From the NCBI RefSeq assembly GCF_964213995.1, contig NW_027590156.1, positions 496,001 through 560,000 on the forward strand: DNA of 64,000 nt, read 5' to 3'. Under the pieces are notes generated by a model. It was not told the DNA's origin, searched no databases, and was given only the letters and a program-made list of their open reading frames with translations. Shown in pieces: positions 1-13,019 of this stretch (position 1 is the stretch's first letter; each line of letters opens with the position of its first letter). This stretch comes from Mustelus asterias (lineage: Eukaryota). Made by a program: the position numbers and the translations under genes.

Positions 1-525
1 CACAATATTGCAGACAATACGAGAGCATTTAGATATTATATGCAAGACCTAATAGTTATTCACAAGACGAAACGCATTCTTCGAACCTCTTTCGTCGACA
101 CAAATAAATTACATTTTATAAGTTAATATCCATCTTTTCATGTCGCTCGTTATTTCTTTCTTTCCATCTGTCAGACGCATATTATAGAAAACGAATTGCT
201 GAGACACTGTCTGCTTAATTATTAGGACACAATGTAATACAAAGTGAGGCACGGATGCGTTCAGTAGTACATGACATAGAGCCGAGCACAATAATATTTG
301 AGATGGAGCTTAATGTAACAGAAGTGGCCTCTTGACTGAAGAAAAGCTCAGAAATAATGATTTGTAGCATTGTCTTCATGTAATAATAAATGAAGCGGCA
401 TATTATGAAATGTAAAGAGATACAAGATCTATTGCAATAATGATTCAGATGAGTCACGTGCAGTATATAAAGAGGCATGGCCCAGTGCATTATCGTTCAT
501 AACTGCACCAAATGTGTGTGAGGGA

Positions 526-622
526 CAGAGAGGGGGAGGGAGCGAGAGAGAGAGGGAGACAGGGACAGAGAGAGAGAGAGAGAGAAAAGGCAGGGAGAGA
601 GAGGGAGGGAGAGAGAGAGAGA
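526..622 (+). repeat. (GA)n/purine-rich microsatellite
   Basis: Direct GAGA/GGGA repeats; explains the spurious ORFs 512-903. Confidence 0.9.
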
Positions 623-1696
623 GGACATATCTCCTTTTCTTCGTGCTCTGCCACTTTTCTTTCGGCTCATGTCCAATCCTTATTGCTCCCCATGATGCCT
701 TGCCTTTATCCTGTGGCTTGTTGTCTTCTTGCCTCCTGGGACTTTTTCTTCTTGTATTTCATAGATTATTAACTGTGTTCGTTTTTTCTTGTGTGGGGTG
801 GTGTGTGGGGGAAAGAAACGTGATGGTCTGCTCCTGTCGTGTTTTAAGTGGTTGGGGGGAGATGGTTGTTGAGGTGGTGTGTGTTAGGAGGAGGGGCTGC
901 TAGGTTGGGTGTTTACGTGTTTCCGGGTGCTGGCGTGGATGCCAAAGTGGTGTGTGTGTTGGAGAGTTGTTTTTTTTTGGGAAGGGGTTCTTAGCTGGAG
1001 AGGTTTTGCATCTGTTGCTGGGTCAGATTCTGTTTTTTCGGAGAGGGATTGGGGGAGAAAAAAATAAAATAAATTTTTGTTTAGTGGATGGGCCATTGAG
1101 GGGGTAGTAGGTGGGAAATTAGCATGATGTAGGCAGTCCCTTTTGTTATTTAGAATGAGTCAGTCTGTAACTAAGTTTCTGCCATTGATCCTGATAGTCC
1201 AGTACTTAAAAATTTGCATTTTCCCCCGACCTGCCTATGGATTTTAGCCGGTCACCAAGTGGTCGGAGTATCATCCATGCCGATTTACACGTTTATACCT
1301 TTGCTTTTGTTTTGCACGGGGATGCGGGGGGGGGGGGGGGGACGGGACGGGAGGGGGGGGCGTGGGGGAGGGGGCGTGGTGTGGTTTATGGATCTTACCC
1401 AGTCACCAAGTGGTCGGAGTATCATCCATGTGGAGTTGCACATTTATACCTTTGCACTTTTGGGGATTTATACTACTCCGTGTGGATTAGTTCACCCACT
1501 CTAATAGATTCTCATACGTGACCAATTACCCCTTTTCATTAACGTGAAACTAGAGTAATCCCCCTGCCATATCTAAGACTGAGGACTGAGAATATCTGAG
1601 GACCTTTTGTATGTTCTATTGAGAGAGAGAGATGCACATGAATACCATTCCACTTATGATAATTGATCTGCTGAGTGTTTCTGGGTTTTTTTTAAG

Positions 1697-3061
1697 ACAG
1701 TAAGAAGTTTAACAACAACAGGTTAAAGTCCAACAGGTTTATTTGGTAGCAAAAGCCACACAAGCTTTCGGAGCTGCAAGCCCCTTCTTCAGGTGAGTGG
1801 GAATTCTGTTCACAAACAGAGCATATAAAGACACAATTTCAATTTACATGAATAATGGTTGGAATGCGAATACTTAGAACTAATCAAGTCTTTAAGTAAC
1901 AAAACAACATGAGTGGAGAGACCATCAAGACAGGCTAAAATGATGTGTATTGTCTCCAGACAATACAGCCAGTGAAACTCTGTGGGGGTTACAAATAGTG
2001 GGACATGAACCCAATATCCCGGTTGAAGCCGTCCTCGTGTGTGCGGAACTTGGCTATCAGTTTCTGCTCAGCGACTGCGCTGTCGTGTGTCGCGAAGGCC
2101 GCCTTGGAGAACGCTTACCCGAATATCAGAGGCCGAATGCCCGTGACCGCTGAAGTGCTCCCCAACAGGAAGAGAACAGTCTTGCCTGGTGATTGTCGAG
2201 CAGTGTTCATTCATCCGTTGTCGCAGCGTCTGCATAGTTTCCCCAATGTACCATACCTCGGGACATCCTTTCTTGCAGCGTATCAGGTAGACAACGTTGG
2301 CCGAGTTGCAAGAGTATGTACCGTGTACCTGGTGGATGGTGTTCTCACGTGAGATGATGGCATCTGTGTCGATGATCCGGCACGTCTTGCAGAGGTTGCT
2401 GTGGCAGGGTTGTGTGGTGTCATGGTCACTGTTCTCCTGAAGGCTGGGTAGTTTGCTGCGGACAATGGTCTGTTTGAGGTTGTGCGATTGTTTGAAGGCA
2501 AGAAGTGGGGGTGTGGGGATGGCCTTGGCGAGATGTTCGTCTTCATCAATGACATGTTGAAGGCTCTGGAGGAGATGCCGTAGCTTCTCCGCTCCGGGGA
2601 AGTACTGGACAACGAAGGGTACTCTGTCCACTGTGTCCCGTGTCTTCTGAGGAGGTCGGTGCGGTTTTTCGCTGTGGCGCGTTGGAACTGTTGATCAATG
2701 AGTCGAGCGCCATATCCTGTTCTTATGAGGGCATCTTTCAGCGTCTGGAGGTGTCTGTTGCGATCCTCCTCATCCGAGCAGATCCTGTTAATACGGAGGG
2801 CTTGTCCGTAGGGGATGGCTTCTTTAACGTGTTTAGGGTGGAAGCTAGAGAAGTGGAGCATCGTGAGGTTATCCGTGGGCTTGCGGTACAGTGAGGTGCT
2901 GAGGCGAGCGTCCTTAATGGAGATGCGTGTGTCCAAGAATGCAACCGATTCCGGAGAGTAGTCTATGGTGAGTCTGATGGTGGGATGGAACTTGTTGATG
3001 TCATCATAGAGTTGTTTCAGTGATTGTTCACCATGAGTCCAAAGGAAGAAAATGTCATCGA
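1697..3061 (-). mobile_element. Penelope-like retroelement, 5'-truncated (RT C-terminus + GIY-YIG endonuclease, frameshifted) with pseudo-LTR
   Basis: ORFs 2283-2936 (LYRKPTDNLTMLHFSSFHP...IPYGQALR) and 2068-2631 (NVVYLIRC...WYIGET...RMNEH = GIY-YIG); pLTR ...CAGGTTAAAGTCCAACAGG at ~1697-1800. Confidence 0.9.
1759..1795 (-). ncRNA. Minimal type-I hammerhead ribozyme in Penelope pLTR
   Basis: Minus strand CAC-CTGAAGA-A-GGGGC-TTGCA-GCTCC-GAAA-GCTT-GTG: CUGANGA/GAAA core, stem II, CAC/GTG stem I. Confidence 0.65.
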
Positions 3062-3852
3062 TTTTTTAAAGATCCCATACAACTGCAATATCTTCCTGAT
3101 AACAACGAGATATTTGGTCAGACTACTGAAAGGATGGCTTAAAAGGAACAATTTTATGGATTGATTTAGACGAGGAAAGTGAGGTAAGGAGATTTAGGGA
3201 GAGCATAACAGACCTTAGGGCGTAGGCAGATGAACACATCCCAAACTGAAAAATAATTTTGAAGATAACAATACAAATTGCAGAAAATATATACTTTTAA
3301 TTCTATTCAAACATAACATAACATAACATAACTGTCAACACTTGTTCTGTGGCCATTTCGTTTTTTCTCTCTCTGAAACAGATGAGCAACTAATGATTGG
3401 ATGGATATTTAGCCTGTGAGAGCCCGTCTGGTGATATTGCGAGTACACAATTCTGTCTCGCACTGTCAGTGTATCAGCCGAATGGTATGAATAAAATAAA
3501 ATAAGATAGGCGAAACAATCTTTATCGCTAAAATCAGTGCAACACAATATTCAAATAATAAAATGTATCACAACAGAGGTTGCTTAAAGGTATCGCAACG
3601 AGCACTGCACGATTGTTCAGACATTGACTGGTCCCCCAATGCCAGTTAATCACTGAGAAATTATTATAACGATCACGTTAAATATTACCCACACGATCAC
3701 AGAACAATTAGACGTTTCTCGCAGTTACTTATAAATATCAGCAAAAACTAAAGCTGCTCTTGCAAACAAAAATGATTGGTATCGGACAGACACACCCATA
3801 TTATATTGTGATTGATAATATCTCGACAGGCAGCATATTCGTGGTCGTTTGG

Positions 3853-6645
3853 TACATAAGAACATAAGAACATAAGAAATAGGAGCAGGAGTAGGCCATC
3901 TGGCCCTTCGAGCCTGCCCCGCCATTCAACAAGATCATGGCTGATCTGAAGCAAATCAGTTCCACTTACCCGCCTGCTCCGCATATCCCCTAATTCCCTT
4001 ATTGATCAGAAAACTATCTCCCCGTGATTTAAACATATTCAACGAGGAAGCCTCCACCACTTCAGTGGGCAGAGAATTCCAGAGATTCACTACCCTCTGA
4101 GAGAAGAAGTTCCCCCTCAACTCTGTTCTGAACCGGCCCCCCCTTATTTTGTGGCTGTGCCCTCTAGTTCTGGTTTCCCTTCTAAGTGGAAAGAATCTCA
4201 CCACCTCTACCCTATCCAGCCCCTTCATTATCTTATATGTCTCTATAAGATCACCCCTCATCCTTCTAAACTCCAACGAGTACAGACCCAATCTGTTTAA
4301 TCTCTCCTCATAAGCTCCACCCCTCATCTCCGGTATCAACCTGGTGAACCTTCTCTGCACTCCCTCCAAGGCCAATATATCCTTTCGCAAATAAGGGGTC
4401 CAAAACTGCACACAGTACTCCAGTTGCGGCCTCACCAGTGCCTTGTACAGTTGCAGCAAGACCTCCCTGCTTTTATATTCTATCCCCCTCGCGATAAAGG
4501 CCAACATCCCATTTGCCTTCTTGATCACCTGCTGCACCTGCAGACTGAGTTTTTGCGATTCGTGCACAAGGACCCCCAGGTCCCTCTGCACAGTCGCACG
4601 ATGTAAATTTTCTCCATTTAAATAATATTCCAATTTACGATTATTTCTTCCAAAGTGGATAACCTCACATTTGCTAACGTTATATTCCATCTGCCAGATC
4701 CTCGCCCACTCGCTCAGCCTATCCAAATCTCTCTGCAAACTTTCCGCGTCCTCCACACAATTCGCTTTCCCACTCACCTTCGTGTCATCAGCAAACTTGA
4801 ATACCCTAGATTCAGTCCCCTCCTCCAGATCATCTATGTAAATGGTAAACAATTGAGGCCCCAGCACCGATCCCTGTGGCACGCCACTGGTCACCAACTG
4901 CCAACCAGAAAAGCACCCATTTATCCCAACTCTCTGCTTCCTGTTAGATAGCCAATCCCCAATCCACGCCAACACCTTACCCCTAACTCCGTGTACCCCA
5001 ATCTTCTGCAGCAACCTTTTGTGAGGCACCTTATCGAACGCCTTCTGGAAATCTAAAAACGCCACATCCACCGGTTTCCCTCTGTCAACCGCACTAGTGA
5101 CATCTTCATAAAGTCCAGTAGATTCGTCAAACACGACTTTCCCTTCATGAATCCATGCTGCGTCTGCTTGATCGAACCATTCTTATTCAGGTGCTCTGTT
5201 ATTTCCTCTTTAATAATGGACTCGAGCATCTTCCCAACTACGGACGTTAAGCTAACCGGCCTGTAGTTACCCGCCTTTTGTCTACTTCCTTTTTTAAACA
5301 GCGGCGTAACAGTAGCTGTTTTCCAGTCAGCCGGCACTACCCCAGAGTCCAGCGAATTTTGATAAATTGCTACTAACGCATCTGCTATTACCTCAGCCAT
5401 TTCTTTCAGTACCCTGGGATGCATTCCATCCGGGCCCGGGGACTTGTCTACCTTCAGTCCTATTAGTCTACCAAGCACCACCTCCTTAGTAACAGTAATT
5501 GTATTAAGGACCTTCCCTCCCACCAACTCTCGATCTCTAATATTCAGCAAAATATTTGTGTCTTCCACCGTGAAAACCGACACAAATAACTTATTTAAAG
5601 TCTCAGCCATTTCCTCGTTTTCCACTATTAAATCCCCCCTCTCATCTTCCAAGGGTCCAACATTCACTCTAGCCACTCTATTCCTTTTTATATACTTGTA
5701 AAAGCTTTTACTATCATTTTTTATATTTTGAGCTAGTTTAGTTTCATAATCTATCTTTCCTTTCTTAATCGCTTTCTTAGTCGTTCTTTGTTTTTCTTTA
5801 AAGCTTTCCCAATCCACTAATTCTCCACTATTTTTGGCCACTCTGTAAGCATCTGATTTTATTTTAATACTCTCCTTTATTTCCTTCGTTATCCACGTCC
5901 GGTTATCCTTTTTCTTACAGTCCTTCTTTATCACCGGAATATATTTTTGCTGAGTACTTAAAAAAATCTCCTTAAAAATCCTCCACTGTTCCTCAGCTGT
6001 CCTACCTACCAGTCTGCTCGCCCAGTCTACATGAGGCAATTCCACCCTCATCCTATCGTACTCCCCTCTGTTCAAGCAGAGGACACTGGTTTGGGACCCT
6101 ACTTTCTCACCCTCCTTCTGTATCAGAAATTCCACCATATTATGATCACTCATCCCAAGAGGATCCTTCACAAGAAGATCCTTAATCCTACCTGTCTCAT
6201 TGCACAGAACCAGATCCAAGATAGCTCGCTCTCTCGTAGGTTCTGTAACATACTGTTCAATGAAACAATCCCGACAGCATTCCAAGAACTCTTCCTCAAG
6301 CCCTCCACGTCCAATTTGAGTCGACCAATCAATATGTAGGTTAAAATCCCCCATGATTATTGCCGTTCCACTTTTGCACGCATCCATTATTTGCTTGCTT
6401 ATAGCCCTCCCCACCTTTAAGTTATTATTTGGGGGCCTACAGACCACGCCTACCAGTGTCTTTCTCCCCCTACTATTCCTTATCTCCACCCACAACGATT
6501 CCACGTTTTGCTCCTCAGAGCCTATGTCGTCTCTCACTACCGTCCTGATATTATCCTTTATTAACAAAGCTACCCCACCTCCTTTTTCTACCTGTCTATC
6601 CTTCCTAAATGCCTGATAACCCTGTATATTCAGTTCCCAGTCCCG
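3853..6645 (-). mobile_element. CR1 LINE, near-complete ORF2 (APE endonuclease + RT) with one frameshift near 5100
   Basis: ORFs 5053-6693 (MGDFN, SDHN, KSPGPDG) and 3956-5134 (LDFQKAFDKVPH, GVPQGSVLGP, FADDTK); (ACATAAGA)n 3' tail at ~3854-3878. Confidence 0.95.
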
Positions 6646-6879
6646 GTCTGGTGGATTAACAGAGATAGGTTCTGATGTAATGTAATGAGACAAATCCTAT
6701 GTAATATAAAAATAGATGGGATCAGATGTAACATAATCAGATCCGTGGTCTACTCTTGTACTAATTGAATGGTTATATAATTCGTGGACAGATAAGAAAC
6801 AGAGAGTGGAAATAAATCAGTCTTTTTCCGAGTGGCAGTCAGCGATTAGTGGGATACCGCAGGGTAACAACATTTTTAA

Positions 6880-7140
6880 TTTATTTATTAGTCACAAGTA
6901 GGCTTACTTTAACACTGCAATGAAGTTACTGTGAAAATCCCCGAATCGCCACATTCCAGCGCCTTTTCGGGTACACTGAGGGAGAATTTAGCATGGCCAA
7001 TGCACCTAACTAGAACGTCTTTCGGACTGTGGGTGGAAACCGGAGCACATGGAAAAAACCTATATAGACACGGGGAAAACGTGCAGACTCCATACAGACA
7101 GCTACCCAAGCTGGGAATCGAAACCAGGTCCCTGGTGCAG
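6880..7140 (-). mobile_element. tRNA-derived shark SINE (HE1/V-SINE-like)
   Basis: Reverse complement of the family body seen at 7865, 12515, 23392 (GGTTTCGATTCCC B-box, GGGTTTCCTCCGGGTGCTCCGGTTTCC-type core). Confidence 0.85.
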
Positions 7141-7652
7141 TGTCACTGTGGGATCTGCATGAGGGAATCAAATGGAACATGTCCAAAAGGGTTGGCGATG
7201 CATAACTGGGAGGAATTGTGAGCTGTGAGGAAGATGAAGGGGGCTTCAATGTGATCAGGACAAGTTGATTGAATGGGTGAGCACGTGGCAGATGCAGTAC
7301 AACGTGACTAAATGTGCAGTTATATACTGGTGTGTAAAGCAGAAAGCAATATATATACTAGGAAGTGTGATGTACAAATGGATCTGGGTGTCCTTGTACA
7401 CCAGTCAATGAAATTGGAGAGGCATGCACAGCAAGCAATTAGGAAGGCCTTCTTTGCACGAAGATTTGAGTTCGGAATTAGGGAAGTCTTACTGCAGCTA
7501 TGACAGGCCTTCATAAGACCACGCCTGGTGTAGTGCATGTAGTTCTGATCTCGCTAAATAAGAAAGATTCTGTGGGGAGTAGAACTGATACCAGGATTGT
7601 TGGGAGTGTCCTGGGAGGCGAGATTGATTCGACTGGGCCTGTATTCACTTGA

Positions 7653-7777
7653 CTCACCTGATGAAGTAGCAGCGTTCTGAAAGCTCGTGATTGCAAAAAA
7701 ACCTGTTGGACTTTAACCTGGTGTTGTGAGACTCCTTACTGTGCCCATCCCAGTCCAACGCTGGCATCTCCACATCA
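7653..7777 (+). mobile_element. Solo Penelope pseudo-LTR with hammerhead core, 13-bp target-site duplication
   Basis: TCAC-CTGATGA...GAAAGCTC-GTGA at 7654-7690; TGTATTCACTTGA duplicated at 7640-7652 and 7778-7790. Confidence 0.85.
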
Positions 7778-7864
7778 TGTATTCACTTGAGTTTAGAAGG
7801 ATGAGAGGAGATCTGATCGAAACATATAAAATCGTGATTGAAACATATAAAACATATAAAATGA

Positions 7865-8145
7865 GGGCGGCCCGGTGGCACAGCGGCAGGGAACCGGTTT
7901 CGATTCCCAGCTTGGGTCACTGTTTGTTCAGAGTCTACATTTTCACTCGTGTCTCCGTGGGTTTCCTTCGGGTGCTCCGGTTTCCTCCTACAGCGTGAAA
8001 GACGTGCTGGTTAGGTGCATTGACCATGCTAAATTCTCCCTCAGTTACCGAACAGGCGCTGGAGGGTGGTGATTCAGTGATTTTCACAATAACTTCATTG
8101 TAGTGTTAATGTATGACTACTTGTGACACTAATAACAAATAAACT
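7865..8145 (+). mobile_element. tRNA-derived shark SINE (HE1/V-SINE-like)
   Basis: GGCGGCCCGGTGGCACAG...GGTTTCGATTCCC...GGGTTTCCTTCGGGTGCTCCGG...AATAAAC. Confidence 0.85.
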
Positions 8146-8519
8146 TATAAATAATTAATTGATTTCTAACAGTGCTGGACAGGCTAGATGAAGGAAGGAT
8201 GTTTTCTCTGGTTAGGGAGTCTCAAACCAGGGATGCAGCTTCAAGACTGAGGGTAGCCAATTTAGGACAGAAATTAGGAAAGTTCTCTTCACTTCAGAGG
8301 CAATTGAACCTGCGGAGTGATCCAGCACTGAAGGCTGTGGATGCCATACCACTGCATATATTCAAGAAATAAATAGATTTGTGATTAGATTTAAATGCTG
8401 TCAAGGGATGTGCGCAGAATGCAACAAAGTAGCCTTTAGATAGGAAATTATCCATGATCATGATGAATGACGGATCAGAGTCGAATGGCCTACTCCGGCT
8501 CCTGGTTTCCATGTACCTA

Positions 8520-8828
8520 ATGTTCAGCTAATGTTCTGAGGACCTGGGTTCAATTCCGCCACGGCAGATGGTGGAATTTGAATTCAATAAATAATATCTG
8601 GAACTAAGAATCTATTGAATACTGAGACCATTGTTGATTGTTGCAAAACCGCATCTGGTTCACTAATGTCCCTTTAGGGAAAGAAATTTGCCGCCCTTAC
8701 CTTGTCTGACCTACATGTGACTCCCGAGTCACAGCAATATGGTCAACTCTCAACTGCCCTCCTAGGGTAACTAGGGATGGGCACCAAATGCTGGCCAGCC
8801 AGTGACGCCCAAGTCCCACGAATGAATA
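8520..8828 (+). mobile_element. Second shark SINE family (SacSINE1-like); related copies ~18760-19090, ~20700-21015 (-), ~25590-25930
   Basis: GGGTTCAATTCC B-box, GGTGGAATTTGAATTCAATAA, CATCTGGTTCACTAATGTCC, GGGATGGGCA...GTCCCAC...AATGAAT tail recur in several copies. Confidence 0.7.
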
Positions 8829-9109
8829 AGAATCTATGTTTACCCTATCTGTTCTGCATGTGACTCCAGTTCCACAGTGATGAAGTTGACTCTTAAGTGC
8901 CTCTGAAATTGCTGAAAGAGCCATTTAGGTGTTTCACAATTTCTGCAGAAAGTCAAATAAAACCGTCCAGAGGTCATTTTCTTCCCAAAAAGGTGGTTCA
9001 CAAACGCCTTCTCAGGATGGGCAATTAACGCTGACTTTGTCAGTGGTGCCCAAATCTCGAGAATGAGTAGTGGAAACTACTGCGGATTCCAGAACTTTAT
9101 AAGAAATGT

Positions 9110-9183
9110 GTCCCAGTGGCGCAATGGATGACGTGTCTGACTACGGATTAGAAGATACCAGGTTCAATTCCTCGCTGTCTGCG
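9110..9183 (+). pseudogene. tRNA-Arg(ACG) pseudogene
   Basis: GTCCCAGTGGCGCAATGGATGACGTGTCTGACTACGGATTAGAAGATACCAGGTTCAATTCC matches vertebrate tRNA-Arg-ACG; acceptor and T stems mismatched. Confidence 0.8.
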
Positions 9184-9307
9184 TCTCAGATCCTAATAAA
9201 GTTGGCAAGCTCCATGTTAGTTTCGATGAATAAATGTATTTTCAGTAACGTTACAAAAATTCAGTCAAATGTTGACCAAATCCCGTTAGCTTCAATAAAA
9301 AAAAATG

Positions 9308-9615
9308 GGTAGCAAAGTGGTTAGCACTGCTGCTTCACAGGGCGAGGAACCCGGGTTCGATTCCTGGCTTGGATGACTGTCTGTGAGGAGTTTCACATTC
9401 TCCTCCGTCGACGTGGGTTTCCTCCGGGTGCTCTGGTTTCCTCCCACATTCCGAAGATGTGCGGGTTAGATTGACTGGCCATGATAAATTGCCCCTTGGT
9501 ATCAGAGGGACTAGCTAGGGTAAATGGGGATCGGGACTGGGTGGGATTGTGGTTGGTGCAGGTTCGATGAGCCGAATGGCTTCCTTCTGTAGGATTCTAT
9601 GATCTATGATCTATG
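9308..9615 (+). mobile_element. tRNA-derived shark SINE
   Basis: GTGGTTAGCACTGCTGC...GGGTTCGATTCC...; CR1-like 3' end with (ATCTATG)n tail. Confidence 0.85.
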
Positions 9616-10759
9616 AAAGGAAACAAAAAAGATAGGCCAGTGGACATCAGCAGAGAGAGAATCAGATTCTCATTTCAGGTCAATGACAGGATGTAAAATT
9701 CTAAAGAACAGAACTGTCCTCCCCAGTATCCTGGGCCGTTCGTTCTTCAACTAAAATCACAAAATTACTGTTCATTTATCACATCTCGGTTTGTGGGAGC
9801 CTGCTGTGCACCAAATACTTGCTGAATTTCCAACATTACAGCAGTGACTAAATTCAGCGAAAATATATCATTCAGTTTAAAATGCTTTGGGATGACCTGA
9901 GGTGGGGTAAAGCGTTATAAAAATGCAAGTTCTTTTCAAATATTAATGTCATAAACGACCAGATTTGATATGCTGAAAACGCTGAGATTAATTTGATTGT
10001 AATGACTCCTCTGCCTGATGTTTTAACTTGTCTAGTTTTAGTAGATGCAATCAAAAATCACACTGACATTCAGTGGAATACCAGCCTGTTCAAATATGTT
10101 TTATTTATTGTGAGATCAAAAATTTGGGAACAAATTCTTGATTAGAACGCTTTTTAAATTTGTACTAGATAGCATCTGTTCTAAGGGGAATTCACGAAGC
10201 TTCTATTCATTTTGAACCAATTGTCAATGTACTTTAAATAAACCGCTATTTTGAGTTGAAACTAATCAATAAGTAATTGTTTTTCTGGTTTTGCAGCCGT
10301 GAGCATTTCATTCATGAGGTGTTTATGTAAATAAATGCAGAAATAGAAATCCCAGATTAGAATTATTGGTTGACAAAAACACAACACATATTTCCCCATC
10401 AACGCAGCACGGAAATGGAGCTAAACGTACAAATAACTCAACGGATTCCAGTCGTGATTGTTTCTTTGGAATTCGTTTTCATCAGTTATATGCGCAAAAC
10501 AAGCTATGATCATATCTATGTTCAAAATTAGAAAGATTCCCTCTAATCTCGAAATATAATGACACGGCAAATATATTTGTGGAGGTTTCCTGTGCGTTAT
10601 CTCTTTGTGCCTTTCTCCTGCCTGATTCAGTGTCTTTTCTTGTCTCTCCACATGGGTCATTGTCTTTGCTCAACATTATCAAGTCAAACTCCAGCGAATG
10701 TATTCTCTCAGCCCTGTTCATAGACTTCTAACGAAATGGATCTAATTCAATTAATCTGA

Positions 10760-11050
10760 ATTTATAGAGAGAGCTTTACTCCAACATGTATCTTCATTAT
10801 TCCCTGTATTAACCCGCCCTGTCCCAACCATCGAATTGTTTGAATGGACAGTGTAGAGAGAGTTTTAGTGATTCTAAACAGTCTATATTTTCTGGAAATG
10901 CTTGATTGGGGCAGTGTAGAAGGAGAATCACTTTGTATTTATCCCGTGCTGCACTTGCCTTGGGAGTGTTTAATGTTGCAATGTGGAGAGAGCTTTACAT
11001 TTAGTACCTAATCCCATTCTACACCTGCCCTTGGAATGTTTGGTGGGGCA
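10760..11050 (+). repeat. Degenerate ~60-bp minisatellite
   Basis: Recurring CAGTGTAGAGAGAGCTTTAC...CCCGTGCTG...CCTTGGGAGTGTTT units. Confidence 0.7.
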
Positions 11051-11679
11051 GTAGGCCCTGCCTCCATATTGCACTCGTTTGTCACCCTATCTCTGCTTAT
11101 GTAAAATTAACTAATCTGTGTGTCTCTTTATATTAAGGAAGATTCTGTCTCTGTTCATATTACATTAGACATGCTCTCTGTTTATGCTAAACCAGATGCT
11201 GTCTCTGTTTATATTACACGTCACCATGCCTCTGTTTATATTAAGCTCGACAATGACTTTGCTTTTATTAATGTCGACCTGTCTCTGTGCTAAACTAGAT
11301 GTAGTCTCAGTCCTGCACTTAACTATGTTCATGTTAATTTTATATTGGGCAGGGACTCATTATTACTGCACTAGACAATGCCCAGTTATGTGAAAAGTGG
11401 CTGTGGGAACACAGTTCTCTGCATCCTCCTACACAGGCAACTCTGTCCCATGGAGACTGGTCTTGGCAACTGGAAAAGAAGAAGTGATATCTGAAATCTA
11501 ATCCTGCTAACTGCATTGAAAATGGATATCAAAACAGCATACGCTGTCGATCCAATACTTTCTTTTTCAGCATCTTGCTGAATGCAGATGTTTTTAGCCC
11601 AGCCTATTTATGTATATTATCTCTCTACCTTCGAGTAATGCAGCTATAATTCAAAAAGAGGCAAAATCTAGTGACCCGG

Positions 11680-12360
11680 TCTCGTGAAATATAGACAGAA
11701 CCAGGATCAAATATCATATAAACAGGGATTGGGTCCAGTGCAACATAAACTAATTCCTGGTCAAGCGGAGTACTAACATAAACAGGAGTTATTTTAATAT
11801 AAACAGAGGCCTGATCCAGTAAAATAGAAATGGGGTAGTGCCGAGTGCCTTGTGGGAAGTTAAAGGCGAAATACTGACTTTACCAGAGACACCCACATCC
11901 CATGAAAGAGACATTTAAAAATATGAATGACATCGACTAGTACAAGAAAAACTGTGAAGGTGTCCAGTGCAATTTAACTGGATGCAAAAACTTGTGCGAC
12001 ATAAACTGAGACAGAATCTAATGGCTTCGTGTGAATTACTGATACATGCTTCGACCAATATTAACTGAAACAGAGCCAAGTGCATTTGTAATAATTACTG
12101 ATACAGGACCTAGACTGATATAAACTGAGACAGAATTTAGCGTGTTATCAGTAATTAGAGATACGAGATCTCGACTAATATAAACTGAGACAGAGCCTAG
12201 TGCATTTGTAAGAGTTAATGATATGTGATCTAGACTACAACACACTAAGATATGGACAATGCAGCAAATTAGATAGATCACATGATGCAACAATAACAGA
12301 GACAAGCAATAGTGTTAAATAAATAAATAATTGGACTCGCGCAGCATTAACTAAAACAGC
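11680..12360 (+). repeat. Degenerate ~30-bp tandem repeat (ATATAAACTGAGACAGAGCC...AGTGC); inverted copies ~11120-11390
   Basis: Repeated TAAACTGAGACAGA / ACTGATACAGG motifs at ~30-60 bp spacing. Confidence 0.7.
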
Positions 12361-12514
12361 ATCGAGTTTAGTTGATCTAATGAACTATTAGAACAATGAC
12401 TGTGACCAAAACTCTTGTAATGCAAGATGGATGTTGTTCCAGTTTAGTATACACAGATAAACGTTCTGATGCCTTTGATATTGAGATACAGTCTTTTGCC
12501 AGATTAAAGTTTTG

Positions 12515-12800
12515 AAGCTTATTTATTAGTGTCACAAGTAGGCTTACATTAACACTACAATGAAATTACTGTAAAAATCCCTTAGTCACCACACTCCGGC
12601 ACTTGTTTGGTCACAGTGAGGGAGAATTGAGCATGGTCAAAATGCACCTAATCAGCACCACTTTCGGCCCGTGGGAGGAAACCAGAGCACCTGACGGATC
12701 CCACGCAGACTCCACACAGACATTCACCGAAACTGGGAATTGAACCCGCGTCCCTGCCACTATGAAATAACAGTGCTAACCGCTGTGCCACCGCGTCGCC
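12515..12800 (-). mobile_element. tRNA-derived shark SINE
   Basis: Reverse complement of the 7865/23392 family. Confidence 0.85.
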
Positions 12801-13019
12801 CAGATCAACTAGGACATAGTTCAGCACGGCCATGACTCAGAAAGTATCGTGAAAACAGGGTCTTGGCTTCATGTACGGCCAACTGAAAATGAGTCGAGTC
12901 GGGAAATAACGGAGAAAGGACATGCTGTAATTTGATCGAGACATGGCCTATTACAATACAAACAGAGGTGCGGGCTAGCTGAATATAAGCAGAGATATGA
13001 CATGTTCAAAATTATTTAA

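Larger units (their letters stand above)
7150..8515 (+). mobile_element. Decayed CR1 3' fragments interrupted by a Penelope pLTR and a SINE
   Basis: Peptides [29 protein letters not shown] and CR1 3'UTR remnants. Confidence 0.75.

Noticed and set aside
10760-12360. Regularly spaced repeats as a CRISPR-like array
   Set aside because: Degenerate vertebrate minisatellites without conserved repeat/unique spacer structure
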